64,000 bases of DNA, taken from Lytechinus pictus (lineage: Eukaryota). The stretch covers positions 24,180,001 through 24,244,000 of the forward strand of contig NC_087259.1 of assembly GCF_037042905.1 (NCBI RefSeq), read 5' to 3'. The position numbers and the translations under genes were made by a program. Shown here one piece after another: positions 39,124 to 51,000 of the stretch (positions within the stretch are counted from its first letter, which is position 1; every line of letters starts with the position of its first letter). A model generated the notes under the pieces. The model ran no database searches. It saw only the letters and a program-made list of their open reading frames with translations, and had not been told where the DNA came from.

Positions 39124-40186
39124 AATGATAATTTTTTTTCAAAGATGGCGCTCTCAAAACAGCATAATCTTTTTATATATTTATTCTCCATTAATATTGT
39201 TCTCTTCTTTATTGAACATTCTTAATTAGACGGTCGTTTTATTAAACAAATTTCGATTAAACCTCGGAAAGGGTATATATAGGGACAAGAGAATTGGGGA
39301 TTAATCCTTTCTGTAGTAAGATATAAAAGATAATGCAAGTGAAAGCATGTACTGAATCATGGGAAATCATATTTCTGTCCAGTAAGTATAAAATCAAATT
39401 ATCGCAGTGAAAATGTCCTACAATTAAAATTGTAGCCTATCCTCATTTTTGCGACATGATAAAGAAAAATATATTTCTTTTTACATTGAGAGCAATGCTG
39501 TATTATAAGCATTAGCATTCGGTTGAAGTCCGATAATTATGTAAAATTTGATTATTTTGATCAATGTATAATGCTTGTTAACATTGTCAATATGGTTAAT
39601 GTTGCGGTTTAAAAAAAAAAGTATTTAGTGTGTGTAGGCCTATACATATTTGAGTGCATCATTATCTGTCAAGCTATTTTGCCCCACCAAGAAAAAGAAT
39701 CTTTAATATGCCTACTTATAGAAAGACATTGGTCATCTCTTAAAAAAATAGAGAGAATTGTCATTTACACTAACGATTCGCAGGTTTTTAATGTCTGTAC
39801 CATAGACAAACCAAGGTTCTTTTCACCAAGTGGCATGACATGCCTCTCTGTACGGGCACAGGCCCACAGTCGAGGCATGCAGGGAGACATGGAGCCCTGG
39901 TTGCAAATCCTTTCTCCTGAGATGTTTCTTGTCTTGTCAAATTAGTATAACAAGTCGGCAGACTTTAATCACTGTTTAGTAACTACGATGAACAGCGGTA
40001 ATGATGAATCCAGGCCAAGACGAGGTTTTTTACTCTCTCTCTTTAACAACCATTCCAGAAAATCTTCTATTGAATGAACAGACGGATTGACTAGCTAGGC
40101 AAGTGGCCTTCTGTCGACTTGGTTTGGTCTAGATGCACTTGGTTTACAAGCAGTTGGTCTACTTTTCATCCAAAGTTAAACCTATT

Positions 40187-40501
40187 GGCCCGTACGTATT
40201 CTGAAATCGGGTTTAACTTAAACTCAGGTTTAAAGTTGTGGTTTAAGTATGGATAGCCAATTGTTACATAAATCACTAACAGTAGAGATATCATATTGCA
40301 GCTCTTTTGGCTCTCAAACCATTCGTAATTGTCTAGGAAGTATAACTAGATGATTGTCTTCACCATCGATGAATCAGGAAAGAGCACAGTAAACATAAGA
40401 ATTATACAACTTAATAAACATTTTGAAACTTTTGGCTTCCCATAATTTTAGCACAGAGTTAGACCACAGTCTAAGTTAAACCTGACTTCAGAATACAGGC
40501 C
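40187..40501. mobile_element. PIF/Harbinger-like MITE (~315 bp), 3-bp TSD ATT
   Basis: GGCCCGTA..TTCTGAA / TTCAGAATACAGGCC ends flanked by ATT on both sides; inverted near-identical copy at 43122-43432. Confidence 0.85.
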
Positions 40502-43121
40502 ATTGGTCTACCGTCAATTTGATCTAATTGCCGTTCGATCGAAACTGCACTTGGTCTTCTACCCACCAGCCGAATTCAATTTAGTCCAATAACCAATTGC
40601 TGTAATTTCTACCCTCGTCTTGTAGTACGTCGTCTAGTAAGTCAGACCATCCCAAAACGTAAAAAAAATCTATTTCAAAACGTGGTCATGGCATTCCAAA
40701 CTAAATTTACTAATTTTTTTTAAGAATTAGGGTATTAAATACATAGATCAATAAAGAGTTTTACCAATTACTGATAGCGACTTGAAAGTGATTTTATTTT
40801 ACATTTCATTAAAAACCGACATCTTATTTGATATTATTTTGCTAGTGGAATAATCACTGCAAATCGTGAGATTTATAATCAATACTTTTAGACAAACCAG
40901 CGTCCAATTTATTAGGCTTGCTTTTATGACATTATGATTAAGACAGTGAGGATATACATGACGTACTTGCTCAAGATTTGTGGGAGATTATCAATACATT
41001 ACATTAAAACAACCTTAACACTGAAGAAAACTTATTGTTTAGACAGGCTATCAAATATTCTAATCATTCCTGATACAGTAGAGGGAGGGACCATGGAGGT
41101 GAGCAAGGGGAGTGCGACTAAAGAGAGGGAAAAAGAGGAAAGAGGAGGAAGAAGATATGAGATAGAAGAAAGAAGTTATAAGAGAGAGAGACAAGTTGCA
41201 GTCATGTAACTATTTACTATCCATGTTATTCTATTGTAAAGTCGTCTTGCCACCCCCCCCCTAAAAAATCAAAATACCCTGGCGTTGCCTCTGGAAAGAG
41301 TAACCATTCTTAAATACTAAATACTGTCGTACGCTGTAATGTACTGCACATGGCGTCGTACTACCACTTTACTCAGTTGCACATAAAAACACGCAGGCTC
41401 GGGCAGACGACGATATAGACAACGATAATTCAAGTTGAAATCGATATCAAAAGAACAACGTTTCGTCTGTCTGAAGAGCGAGAGACACAACGAGAGGAAC
41501 ATCTTTTCTAATTGTCTTATCTCTCATTCCTTTGTTTTGAGTACGTTAATGATTTTATATTAATTGATGAGAAGATTGGGACTAAAGATGTTTGTTTTAA
41601 TCTCCATTCCACTTGCCCCACTTTAGTAGTACGCCATTACGTGTTACAAATAATTCTTATTTTATGTATTTAACTTATTTGGAGAGACTGTCTGGCGCCA
41701 GTGTTTTTCCGAAATTAACCCATATGTTATCCTAAAAATGGGAATATAGAAAGTGACATAAATAGGTTTGAGAGAAATGTTGGGAAATTGCTATTGAAAT
41801 AAGCGAATTTAGGACATTTTCTAAAAAAAAAAAAAACCTAACCCAAAATAATAAATAATTGAATAATAATACAAAAAAGAAAATAAATTGTGACTTATTC
41901 TACTTGTGACCCCTTCCCATGCTTTTTTCTTATAGTGTTAAATAGTTCCATTACTGCTTCAAAACCATCTCCATTACTAATTCTATACAATACTTCACTT
42001 TTCAAGAGAGAAGGACACCCCCACCCTCAAGTATATTTCCGCTCGTATAAACTTTGATACATTTTTCTAATCATTAAACATGTTAAATCTTACTGAATGT
42101 TAGATGGTGTTGCAGGTTTGCATGGTGGTGTGGATAATCGCAGAATAGGTTTTGCCCTTCACATCACATGGTGTACCGTAAACCTCTTCTGTGGTTAATG
42201 AATGCTAAAGATGATTTTCAAGATTTTTTTTTAAACAATTACTTCGCCATCCGGTATATCTTTCATGGAAGATAGTGATTGGTTGTCGAGCAATGTTATC
42301 AATTTAATGGATGTCAAATCTGCTATATGGGGTCAGATGGTTAACTGAATTTACCCTTGTACTGACATTATTATTGTTTGACTATACTTGCAAAGTCTGA
42401 AGTAAAAAAAAATAAACACACACACGCACACACCTTAACACTATAAAAATAGTGAATGCAGAATGATGTATTGTATAAATTATTACGCGCCCTCCGGCTG
42501 AAATTGTCGACCTGTTTTGAAGCTTATGTCAGCAATGTGATTATCATCCTACGTGATGGGAAGTGGCAAAGATGTAAATGGTCGCTTAGTTCGCATCCTC
42601 GGTATAATATTTATTATTTTCCACAGTGGATCTTTATCTAAACCGACTTATGTTTCATGTAAATATAGTTTTAATTTTGAGGGGGATAATCTCTGTGGCC
42701 CGTATTCTGAAGTCGGATTTGATTTAAACTCTGGTTAAAATTGTGGTTTAACTATGGATAGCCAATTGTAACACAAAACTCTTACAGTACAAGTTCGATG
42801 AATCAGCTCATTTGACTCCCAAATCATTGATAACTGCCCGGCAAGAAGAAATCGTTCAATATAGTCCTCGCTCATCTGCAACCAATTCGCCTTCTTACAA
42901 ATGTAGTCTAATTGTAATTATCCCATTTACCATTTTGTATCATTTCCAATTAGGATCTACCCATTTATATCTATAATTTCACTTGGTTTAACATTACTTA
43001 GTCTATTATGAGATGAACTGTTTATGAACCAAATTTTCATTTGACAAAGAAACGATTCATAAGAAGACGAGGTGGAAATTAGACTATTTAATTAGACTGT
43101 TTAATGAGAATTAGACTAAGT

Positions 43122-43432
43122 GGCCCGTATTCTGAAGTCATCTTTAACTTAGTCAATGGTCTAACTCTGTGCTAAAATTATGGGAAGCCAAAAGTGTCAA
43201 AAAATTTATTAAGTTGTATGTTTCTTATGTTTACTGTGCTCTTTCCTGATTCATCGATGGTGAAGACAATCATCTTTTTATACTTCATAGACAATTATGA
43301 ATGACTTGAGAGCCAAATGAGCTGAAATACGATATCTCTACTGTTAGTGATTTATGTAACAATTGGCTTTCCATAATTAAACCACAATTTTAAACCTGAG
43401 TTTAAGTTCAACCCGATTTCAGAATACGGGCC
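43122..43432. mobile_element. PIF/Harbinger-like MITE, 3-bp TSD AGT (same family as 40187-40501; truncated third copy at ~42697-42840)
   Basis: TIRs GGCCCGTATTCTGAA / TTCAGAATACGGGCC, with AGT at 43119-43121 and 43433-43435. Confidence 0.9.
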
Positions 43433-43630
43433 AGTGTGAATAAGACCGAATGCAATTTAGACCAAACAACAATTAATGATTAGATCAAATTGATGGTAGA
43501 CAAAATGTGTTTAGTATATATCTGAGAAGCTAGACCAACTGTTTGTAGACCAAGTTATTAGAAAGAAAAGTCAACATTTGCACGTCTTTCTATTGGGGTA
43601 TATGATGCCCCTCCTTTGACTATAGTTAGT

Positions 43631-43916
43631 GGGAGCTTCGTGGTCTAGTGGTTACGAATTTCGTCTTTCAATCAGAGGGACGTGGGCTCGAATCCCAGCC
43701 ATGGCATGTTTTCCTTCAACAAGAATTTTATCCATATTGTGCTGCACTCAACCCAGGTGAGGAGAATGGGTACCCAGCAGGATTAATTCCTTGAATGCAC
43801 CAAGCACCTTTAGCAGCTGGAGCTAAAGTCGGGGTAATATACATGTATAGTTCTCCAAAGAATAGGCAACCAGATAATCGTCGCCTCATAAATGCTATAT
43901 GTTATTATTATCATTA
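43631..43916 (+). mobile_element. tRNA-derived SINE
   Basis: Pol III A box TGGTCTAGTGG and B box GGCTCGAATCC in a tRNA-like head. Central CACTCAACCCAGGTGA...AATGGGTACC body. Tail ATAAATGCTA...(TTA)n. Similar tail fragments at ~11550-11660 (-) and ~63300-63340. Confidence 0.75.
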
Positions 43917-44591
43917 CCCATATATTTTTTATTCATTATTCTGTAATTTGTATATTACTTTGTTTATTGTTCCGTTTATTTACTTTTCTTTTTCTTTTTA
44001 CTTCAATTTCTCTTTTATTAAGTTTCACCTTATTTTCAAGTTTTTATTATTATAATTTCGTTGATATTTATTCATAAATTGATTTTTTATTCTTTTGCAT
44101 TTTTCGCAGCCTTGTTGAAAAACAGCTTTTAGCTGATAGGTTTTTTTTTACCGCTATTAAATAAACAAAATACAAAATATACAAAGTAAACCTTATTAAA
44201 TTGCTTTGTCATTTCTGTCTTCGCCCGAGATCGAGCTCGAGGGGCGGCCCCAGTACCCCATCAGGGCTGGCTCCGTCAAACGAGCCACGACGATCAAATG
44301 GTTCAAAACTAGGTTTCACCCTCGGGGGAAGAGGAAAGATTTGGTTCAGATAACTTTTAGGAAGATTTTTATCGTCGAGACGAAACGAGAAAGAAATAGG
44401 CTGCGAAGATGGATGGGTATTCATATTTCCATTTATAAAGATCACAAACATGTCCTGTTCTCATGGGTTGTCGATATTTTTTTTTCTTTCGCTCGCTCTG
44501 AAACGCTTCCCCCAACTATGAAGTCTGCAGCCCTCTTGCAATGCAATTCAACCAATGCTAATTTCAGAATGTCCGTTTAGGCCTATTTGTA

Positions 44592-44841
44592 CACTTTAAA
44601 AAATATTGGGTAAAAATGCTCCATGGAGTAATTATGTGTCCAACCAACATTGGGCATTTCTTTTGGGCATTTTTATTTATCCAGTGTGATGAAATTTTTG
44701 CCCATTCTATAATTGCAGTTTATTTTTTTAAACCTTACTGGACAATATGCTTCCCGCATTGGGTAATATACTGCCCCAAATTGGATAGACACTTAATTAC
44801 CCTCGTGCTGGTTAAAATTTTACCCAATATTTTTTACAGTT
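44592..44841. mobile_element. CACT-terminated MITE (~250 bp)
   Basis: CACTTTAAAAAATATTGGGTAAAA / TTTTACCCAATATTTTTTACAGTT inverted ends, TA flanks. Confidence 0.75.
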
Positions 44842-44959
44842 TATTGAAGAATATGATATCAATCATTTTTGCTTAAAATACCAGTGAATTAAGGATGTAC
44901 CACTACCTCTTATGCGATGAAGCTGAATTCCAAAGCGATCTTCTTCCAAGAAAAGCCTA

Positions 44960-45330
44960 TCATCATTGCAATCGTCTTAATCAATGTCCTTGTGATCATC
45001 TAGGCCCGTAGTCATCATCACCACCGTTGCCATCACCAATATAATCGTCATCTTCATTGTCGTCGTAATTTTCATCAACGCCATCATCATAATCATTATC
45101 ATCATCATCGTCATCATCAATATCAACATCATCATCATCACTATCATCATCATAATCATCATATTTATCTTCATCAACGTCATCATCATAATAATATTGT
45201 CATTATCTCCATCATCATCGTCATCACTATCAACTTCGTCGTCATCATCATAATCATCATTATCACCATTATCACCACCATCATCATCATCAGCCTCATC
45301 ATCATCATTATCATCATCATCATCATTCCT
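44960..45330. repeat. Degenerate (CAT)n trinucleotide microsatellite
   Basis: Directly visible; generates the Asp/Met-rich pseudo-ORF 44977-45348. Confidence 0.9.
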
Positions 45331-47315
45331 GTCACAATATAATTTCATTTTCCTCGTCCTCTTTTATCCACCGAAATTTCATCTTTACAAAAATATTAAA
45401 CTCGGAAGAATTTCTCCAATAGATTATGAACTACGAATTTATTTACACATGCTCGTTATGTCGCAATAAGGAAATGAAAATGGTTTAATATCAACAATTT
45501 AAAAGTCAAATCTACATAATTAAAAATGTATCTTATCTACACACAAAATTATAGTTGTATCAATATTGTTACATTCACGATTTAAAATCATCAATATTTG
45601 CATGGTGTCAGTCTGCACCGCTGCGCTTCGCTGGCGGTTTTTATTTTACATGGAATAATATCTTCAAATTCGCGAAACATTTCACGTAATACCAACATTT
45701 GCATCAACTCCTTGAACAACTCCACAAATCATGAGATCGATTCCTTAAATACATTCATCGTACATTTCAACATTCCACATCGATTCATTAATAAAAGTAA
45801 TTTATAATTTCATTTTAGTGAACATTTTTATATTGCTTTTCTTTAACTTCATGTATACATCATTATTTCAGTGCCTGAAAAGTAATAACATTGCCATGAA
45901 AAGGGAAACAAACTAATAAATTTCAATTAAAAAAGGACAAATCATTTGAAAGATCCTCTTAAACCGTTCCAAATGAGTCATTTGGGATCAGTTTGCATGA
46001 GGACTTTTATTCATTCTTAGAATATAGCAAAGAGTTCTAACCAAAACGTTTAACACGGAGAAATAAAGGAGTGTTTACAAAATGAGTTGTAATCGACATT
46101 ATTGTCAAATGTTTCAAACTTCAATGGAAGCAGGATGATACTTGCTGTATGTGTGCACCCCTCCTTTCACCCCAAATAAAAAAAAAATATTCCACTCTAT
46201 TTCGTAAGCAAATAATTTTGCCAGGCTGGATTTTTTTGTCGGGAGGGGGGGTACAGGTGGGAATGCCATGTCTGGGAGCGTGGACGATCCTTTCTCATTT
46301 ATTACTTTACAAATTCAAAATTTCAGGTGAAACCCTCCACCGGCCCCCACCGCCCCGCTAATCACATCCCAAGATCACAGTCCACTTATAACGAGATTTG
46401 TTGGGTTTTAATAAGATTCATGAAAATAGCAAAATGCTAGTCTCAACTCTCTCTTTTTTATCAATTCGTTCTTATATTGAATATTGTGTCTAATACTTTA
46501 AACAAATCATACAGTTACAGGTAAACACTGATAAGAAATTTTGATCTTAGGTATGAAGAATTTCACCTTTGGATCGAAACTATTTTTATGACGTTCATTA
46601 GGTGTTTCAACGGTGTTTAAGTTTCGTTGATGGAGTTTTGTAATAAAAGTAATTACACGAGGAATATAATTCCACTTCTGCTTAAAAAAATTAAAATTTT
46701 AGAAAGTCTCTGTAAAGCTGGTTCGATGTAAGAAAAATATTTTGTGGGATAAAATCACATTGAAAATATGTTGAAAGGATTTTTACAAAAACTGAATCAT
46801 CTGATCATCTGTACTTACTTCTAGCTCATTTATAGAGACTGCAAGATTATATAATAGCCTTGTTTTCTTTTTCAATTACTGAATAGATATACATTTTTAT
46901 TTCATCCAGTCATAATTAGATATACCGCTCCTTCACAGAATCGAAACAAAACCAAGTATAAGATGTTCATTTTAACTCCTCTATCCTTTCAACAAATTAC
47001 AACAATGATCACTTGTCACAAAAGTGGACGAATCTTCCGAAAAGACCAATGTCGTTTAATCCACAATCAAACCGAATTGTGTCCTCCAAAAATATTTTTT
47101 GGCAAACGGAATTTCCCAATGCCTTATTGATGAAGGAAAGATGTTTTGTGACGTCATACATCTTGGTAGGAGCTAAGCTAGAAGATTTATCTGACGTTGT
47201 AGTCGTAATCAAACTTGGTCCGTATTTTTTTTTATTTTGTGTGAGAACCGTCAGTTTACAGATGAACACGTCTGACGCATGAAAGTGAGATAATAGAAAG
47301 CCTCGAATCTCGCTC

Positions 47316-47663
47316 CTAGATAAGTGGAATTTGTTGCATGCTGTATTCTCTCGCCTTTAACCTCAAATTAGCCCAACTTGAGCTTAGTCCTCCGGCGTTT
47401 TCCAACGCATTCATGTTCATCATTGACATGTGGCCAGCGGCTGCCTGCGACATGACACCGGCTAGTCTCCCGTAGGACGCCGCTGCGGCTGCGGCGGAGT
47501 TCCACGTGCTGCCGAGTTCTGTGCTGGTTGGGCAGGGACGCGGCGCCACTGGTTGTTCGACATTGACGCCGTTAAAAGGTCTTCTCCTGGCTGCGGCGAC
47601 CTTGGCGGCTTGGAGGCTTCTCTCGTTACGACGAAACTTAGCTCGTCTGTTCTGAAACCAGAC
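47316..47663 (-). CDS. Prrx: Prrx (paired related homeobox) terminal exon: homeodomain helix 3, EQPVAPRP motif and OAR domain
   Basis: Acceptor tatttag|GTC at 47664/47663. Translates VWFQNRRAKFRRNERSLQAAK...VEQPVAPRPCP...LSSSWANLRLKAREYSMQQIPLI*. RAKFRRNER, VEQPxxPRP and ANLRLKAxEYS are characteristic of PRRX1/2. Confidence 0.93.
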   Translation of the reverse strand, partial: VWFQNRRAKFRRNERSLQAAKVAAARRRPFNGVNVEQPVAPRPCPTSTELGSTWNSAAAAAASYGRLAGVMSQAAAGHMSMMNMNALENAGGLSSSWANLRLKAREYSMQQIPLI

Positions 47664-47764
47664 CTAAATATAAACGAAAAAGAAGAAAAGTAATATAACA
47701 ATGAAAGAAGAGCAGGTCAACATATACATAAGAGAATATCATGATACTGCTATGATACAAAACA

Positions 47765-48034
47765 GGGCCCGACTTACAAAGAGTTACGATTGATCCAATC
47801 AATCGCAACTCTATGGAAATCTATCAGTGTCATTTTTTACAGGAAATGTGCAAAATGTCCTTTTTAAACAAAGGAGAACACACCGAACTGTCAAGAAATC
47901 AATGAATTTATGGATGTACATTCATATCTAGAAAAAGAAATGGAGCAAACATCAATTTTATATGTTGACTTTGCTGGCTTTCCACAGGTAAAATGATTGA
48001 TCGGATCAACCGCAACTCTTTGTAAGACGGGCCC
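47765..48034. mobile_element. Harbinger-like MITE (~270 bp) in the Prrx intron
   Basis: GGGCCCGACTTACAAAGAGTTACGATTGATCC / GGATCAACCGCAACTCTTTGTAAGACGGGCCC inverted ends; CAG on both flanks. Confidence 0.8.
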
Positions 48035-51000
48035 CAGAGCAGCTTTTGATGAATTACGAGAATGATAATTTCATATAGGCAAAATTTATCAATCAATGAT
48101 TTACCAATGACACAAGATATATAAAAGTGATAGAATAAATATTATAACAAAAATATCAGGAATAAATAAATAAAGTGATTAAAGAAATATATTATAAATA
48201 TCAGAAAGAAAAAAAAAATTGATATAAGTAAGACGTAAAGTAAACTCTGCCGCATAAGAGCGAACATTCCCCAGCTTTCTGAAATAAGTATTTGCCTTCT
48301 TATTCATGTTATTGTTATTGGATAGTTATTTCTCCTTTTCTGAACAGTTTTGAAAGTGGGGGCTGAGACGGAGGGGGGGGGGGGGGTGGCCATGAAAAAG
48401 AACACGTGAAATCAGATGTTCATAAGGTTTTTTTTACACGTTCATTATTTTGAAGGGGAATGAAGCCCACCCCCACCCATTCCACGGCTACTGTCTTTTA
48501 ATAAGTTTAATAAATTTTAATTTATTTATCTCGATTTCAATATATTTCATTAAAACATTATCGTTTCGTTTGGGAGAGGAACGTCATTCAGGCCCTTTGA
48601 TCCAATTTCTCTGCGCTAAATATTGGAAAGTCGTAAAACATCCCTTATTTTATGGAGGTGAACTTCTCAGTCCTCCCTGTGAGATAGTATATCCTTAAGT
48701 CCCTCAGGTTCACCGACAATAAACAACACTTCTGTCTGTATGTTATCATAACCGTGAAGAAACCTAACGAAACTAAAATATACAAATCAATAAATTATTT
48801 CATAATGTCTTAATATCCTCACGATGAGTCATTCGATCGGTATGAGAAGTTCATGAGGTAGAGTATGCATGTAGAAAAAACCTGTGTTTAACCTACATTG
48901 CTAAACAGTACTATACGATGGAAAGTAAAAACGCATTATGCATTGCCTGAATTACTTCATAAACTTATTAGGTATTGGGGAAGAAACATCTATGTTCAAT
49001 TTGTATATTTATTGCTTTATTATTCAACATTGTTGTTTAAATTCTGACGCTTTCGTTAGAATTTAATTCTATTCAACTCTCAAAGACCAGCCGAAAGTTC
49101 TAGTATTTTTTTTTTGCTGTGCATCACTGCATGGAAATATCAATAATCAACATGCCGGAGTTTCCTGAGTTTAATATTACTACTTAAGAAAGAAAAGTCA
49201 GTTGACATTCACTCGTATAGTTTGTACAGATTTTATTGTGTTTGCATCTATATATTCACATTTCTAAACTTTCAAGTGACAGTGGCGCTTTTGTTAATAT
49301 TGCTATGAACAAGAAGGCTACTTTGGATACGTTGAACTTAAAGTAGCATACTGAAAATGAATAATGAGACTTTAATGCATGAATAAGGAAAACATGCGTG
49401 TCAGCAAAAATCTAGTTTTATTTCTTATTCTTATTTTTATTTGTTCATTATTTTTATTTTTAATCTAATAAGATGCCAGGATTCACAGTAGCTTTTATCA
49501 TCTGTCGATGAAAACCACTTACAAACTTTTCATGAAACGCTCCCAGGCCTTAAATCTCTGTAATTTACTATTTAAACAAATCGAATGAATAATCCACCCA
49601 TTGGAGGAAATGTGTATCAATTCAATAGATTAAGAATGATTTTCACTTGTTATTGAGTTAATTTCACCATGTTATAGTGAAATTAGTATGAAAATAATGT
49701 TCGTGTGGCCACTCTAGATTCACTATAAATTGACGTCAATATATCAGAGTAGAGTGAACTAGTAATCAACCTTCGACGAAATGTGGCTGAACCAAACCCC
49801 TTTTTACACAAGATCCTTTATAGCATCAAAAGAATACAAGAAGGAAACAAAGTAAGAAGGGGTTACGAATCTTCAATGAACGAAGAGAAACGGAAATTAT
49901 TCTTGAGAATATTTACAAATTGACGCCAAGGCTGGAAAGCAATGCTGAGACCACTTCCCTTTCTATGGAAACCCTAACTTAATTACCAATGGAAATCAAC
50001 TGGCATCAAATCAAGCAGAAATCTGGAACCTTCTCGAATTTGTTTGAAAAAAGGCGATATTTGTTAAGAAATTACCGATCTCCCAATTGCACAATGTCAT
50101 GGGCGTGATGTAAGAGCGTGAAAGAATTGTGTATCGATTTAGTTGTTGCGATTTAAAAAAAATTATCTTTAACAACCTTTAAATCGGTATAATTTTGGGG
50201 GGTTAAATATTCTATGGTGGACCATCCCTCCTCATAAAAAACACAACCTCTTCCTCCTCCTGCTCCTTACTCTTTTCTTACTCCTCCTCCTCCTTTCACT
50301 ATCATCACTGACTTCCTCTTCGCAGCTTTCCACTCTGTATATCTTGTTTCCATCTTTAACTTTTAACCTTCTGCCTATCCATGCACTCAGTAGCGTTATG
50401 AGCCCAAATGTTTGGGGCGCACATGCGGCTGTGGCGCAAAATTTAAAAAAAATCAAAATGTTGACCTTTCTAATAGAAAAATCAAATTTTGTGATAAGAT
50501 TTTGACATAATATTCAGAAATTATATCATATTTCACCTCATTTCCTTTCCTTTTCTTTCTGCCTTCTCCCTTTTTCTTAGTCATTAATATTTTGAGGATC
50601 AATTGCCCCCAAGTCGCCCACATCTTGTATGCAAGTGATTCCACTCTCCATTATATTCAGTATGATCGATAAGAAAGTGGGTCATGGACAACAAAAACAA
50701 AATATGAGACCATTCCTTGGGAATGAAAAGAGAAAGATGACGTTGCTGGGTGCAAATTTATGGTATCCATATAATACTTCGTGGGGCCAGGCACCACTCG
50801 TTTCGTCTTTCAGCAGACAGGGTGCTGTATACGCAACTTCGGCCAAACCTCTCAAAAGAAACACCGAACAAATGAAAACAGAAGGACGTTTCATGAGAAG
50901 TCTTTCCATTCATTTGATCTTATTATCAGCTCTCAGCCAATCAGGTGCAAGGATTTGCCGTAGCTTATAACAGTCATTCAAACAATTACTGACGATTTGT

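Noticed and set aside
43631-43705. Functional tRNA gene
   Set aside because: Stems are imperfect, there is no matching acceptor stem or terminator, and the sequence continues into a SINE body and tail
44977-45348. Acidic Asp/Met-rich ORF
   Set aside because: Translation of a (CAT)n microsatellite
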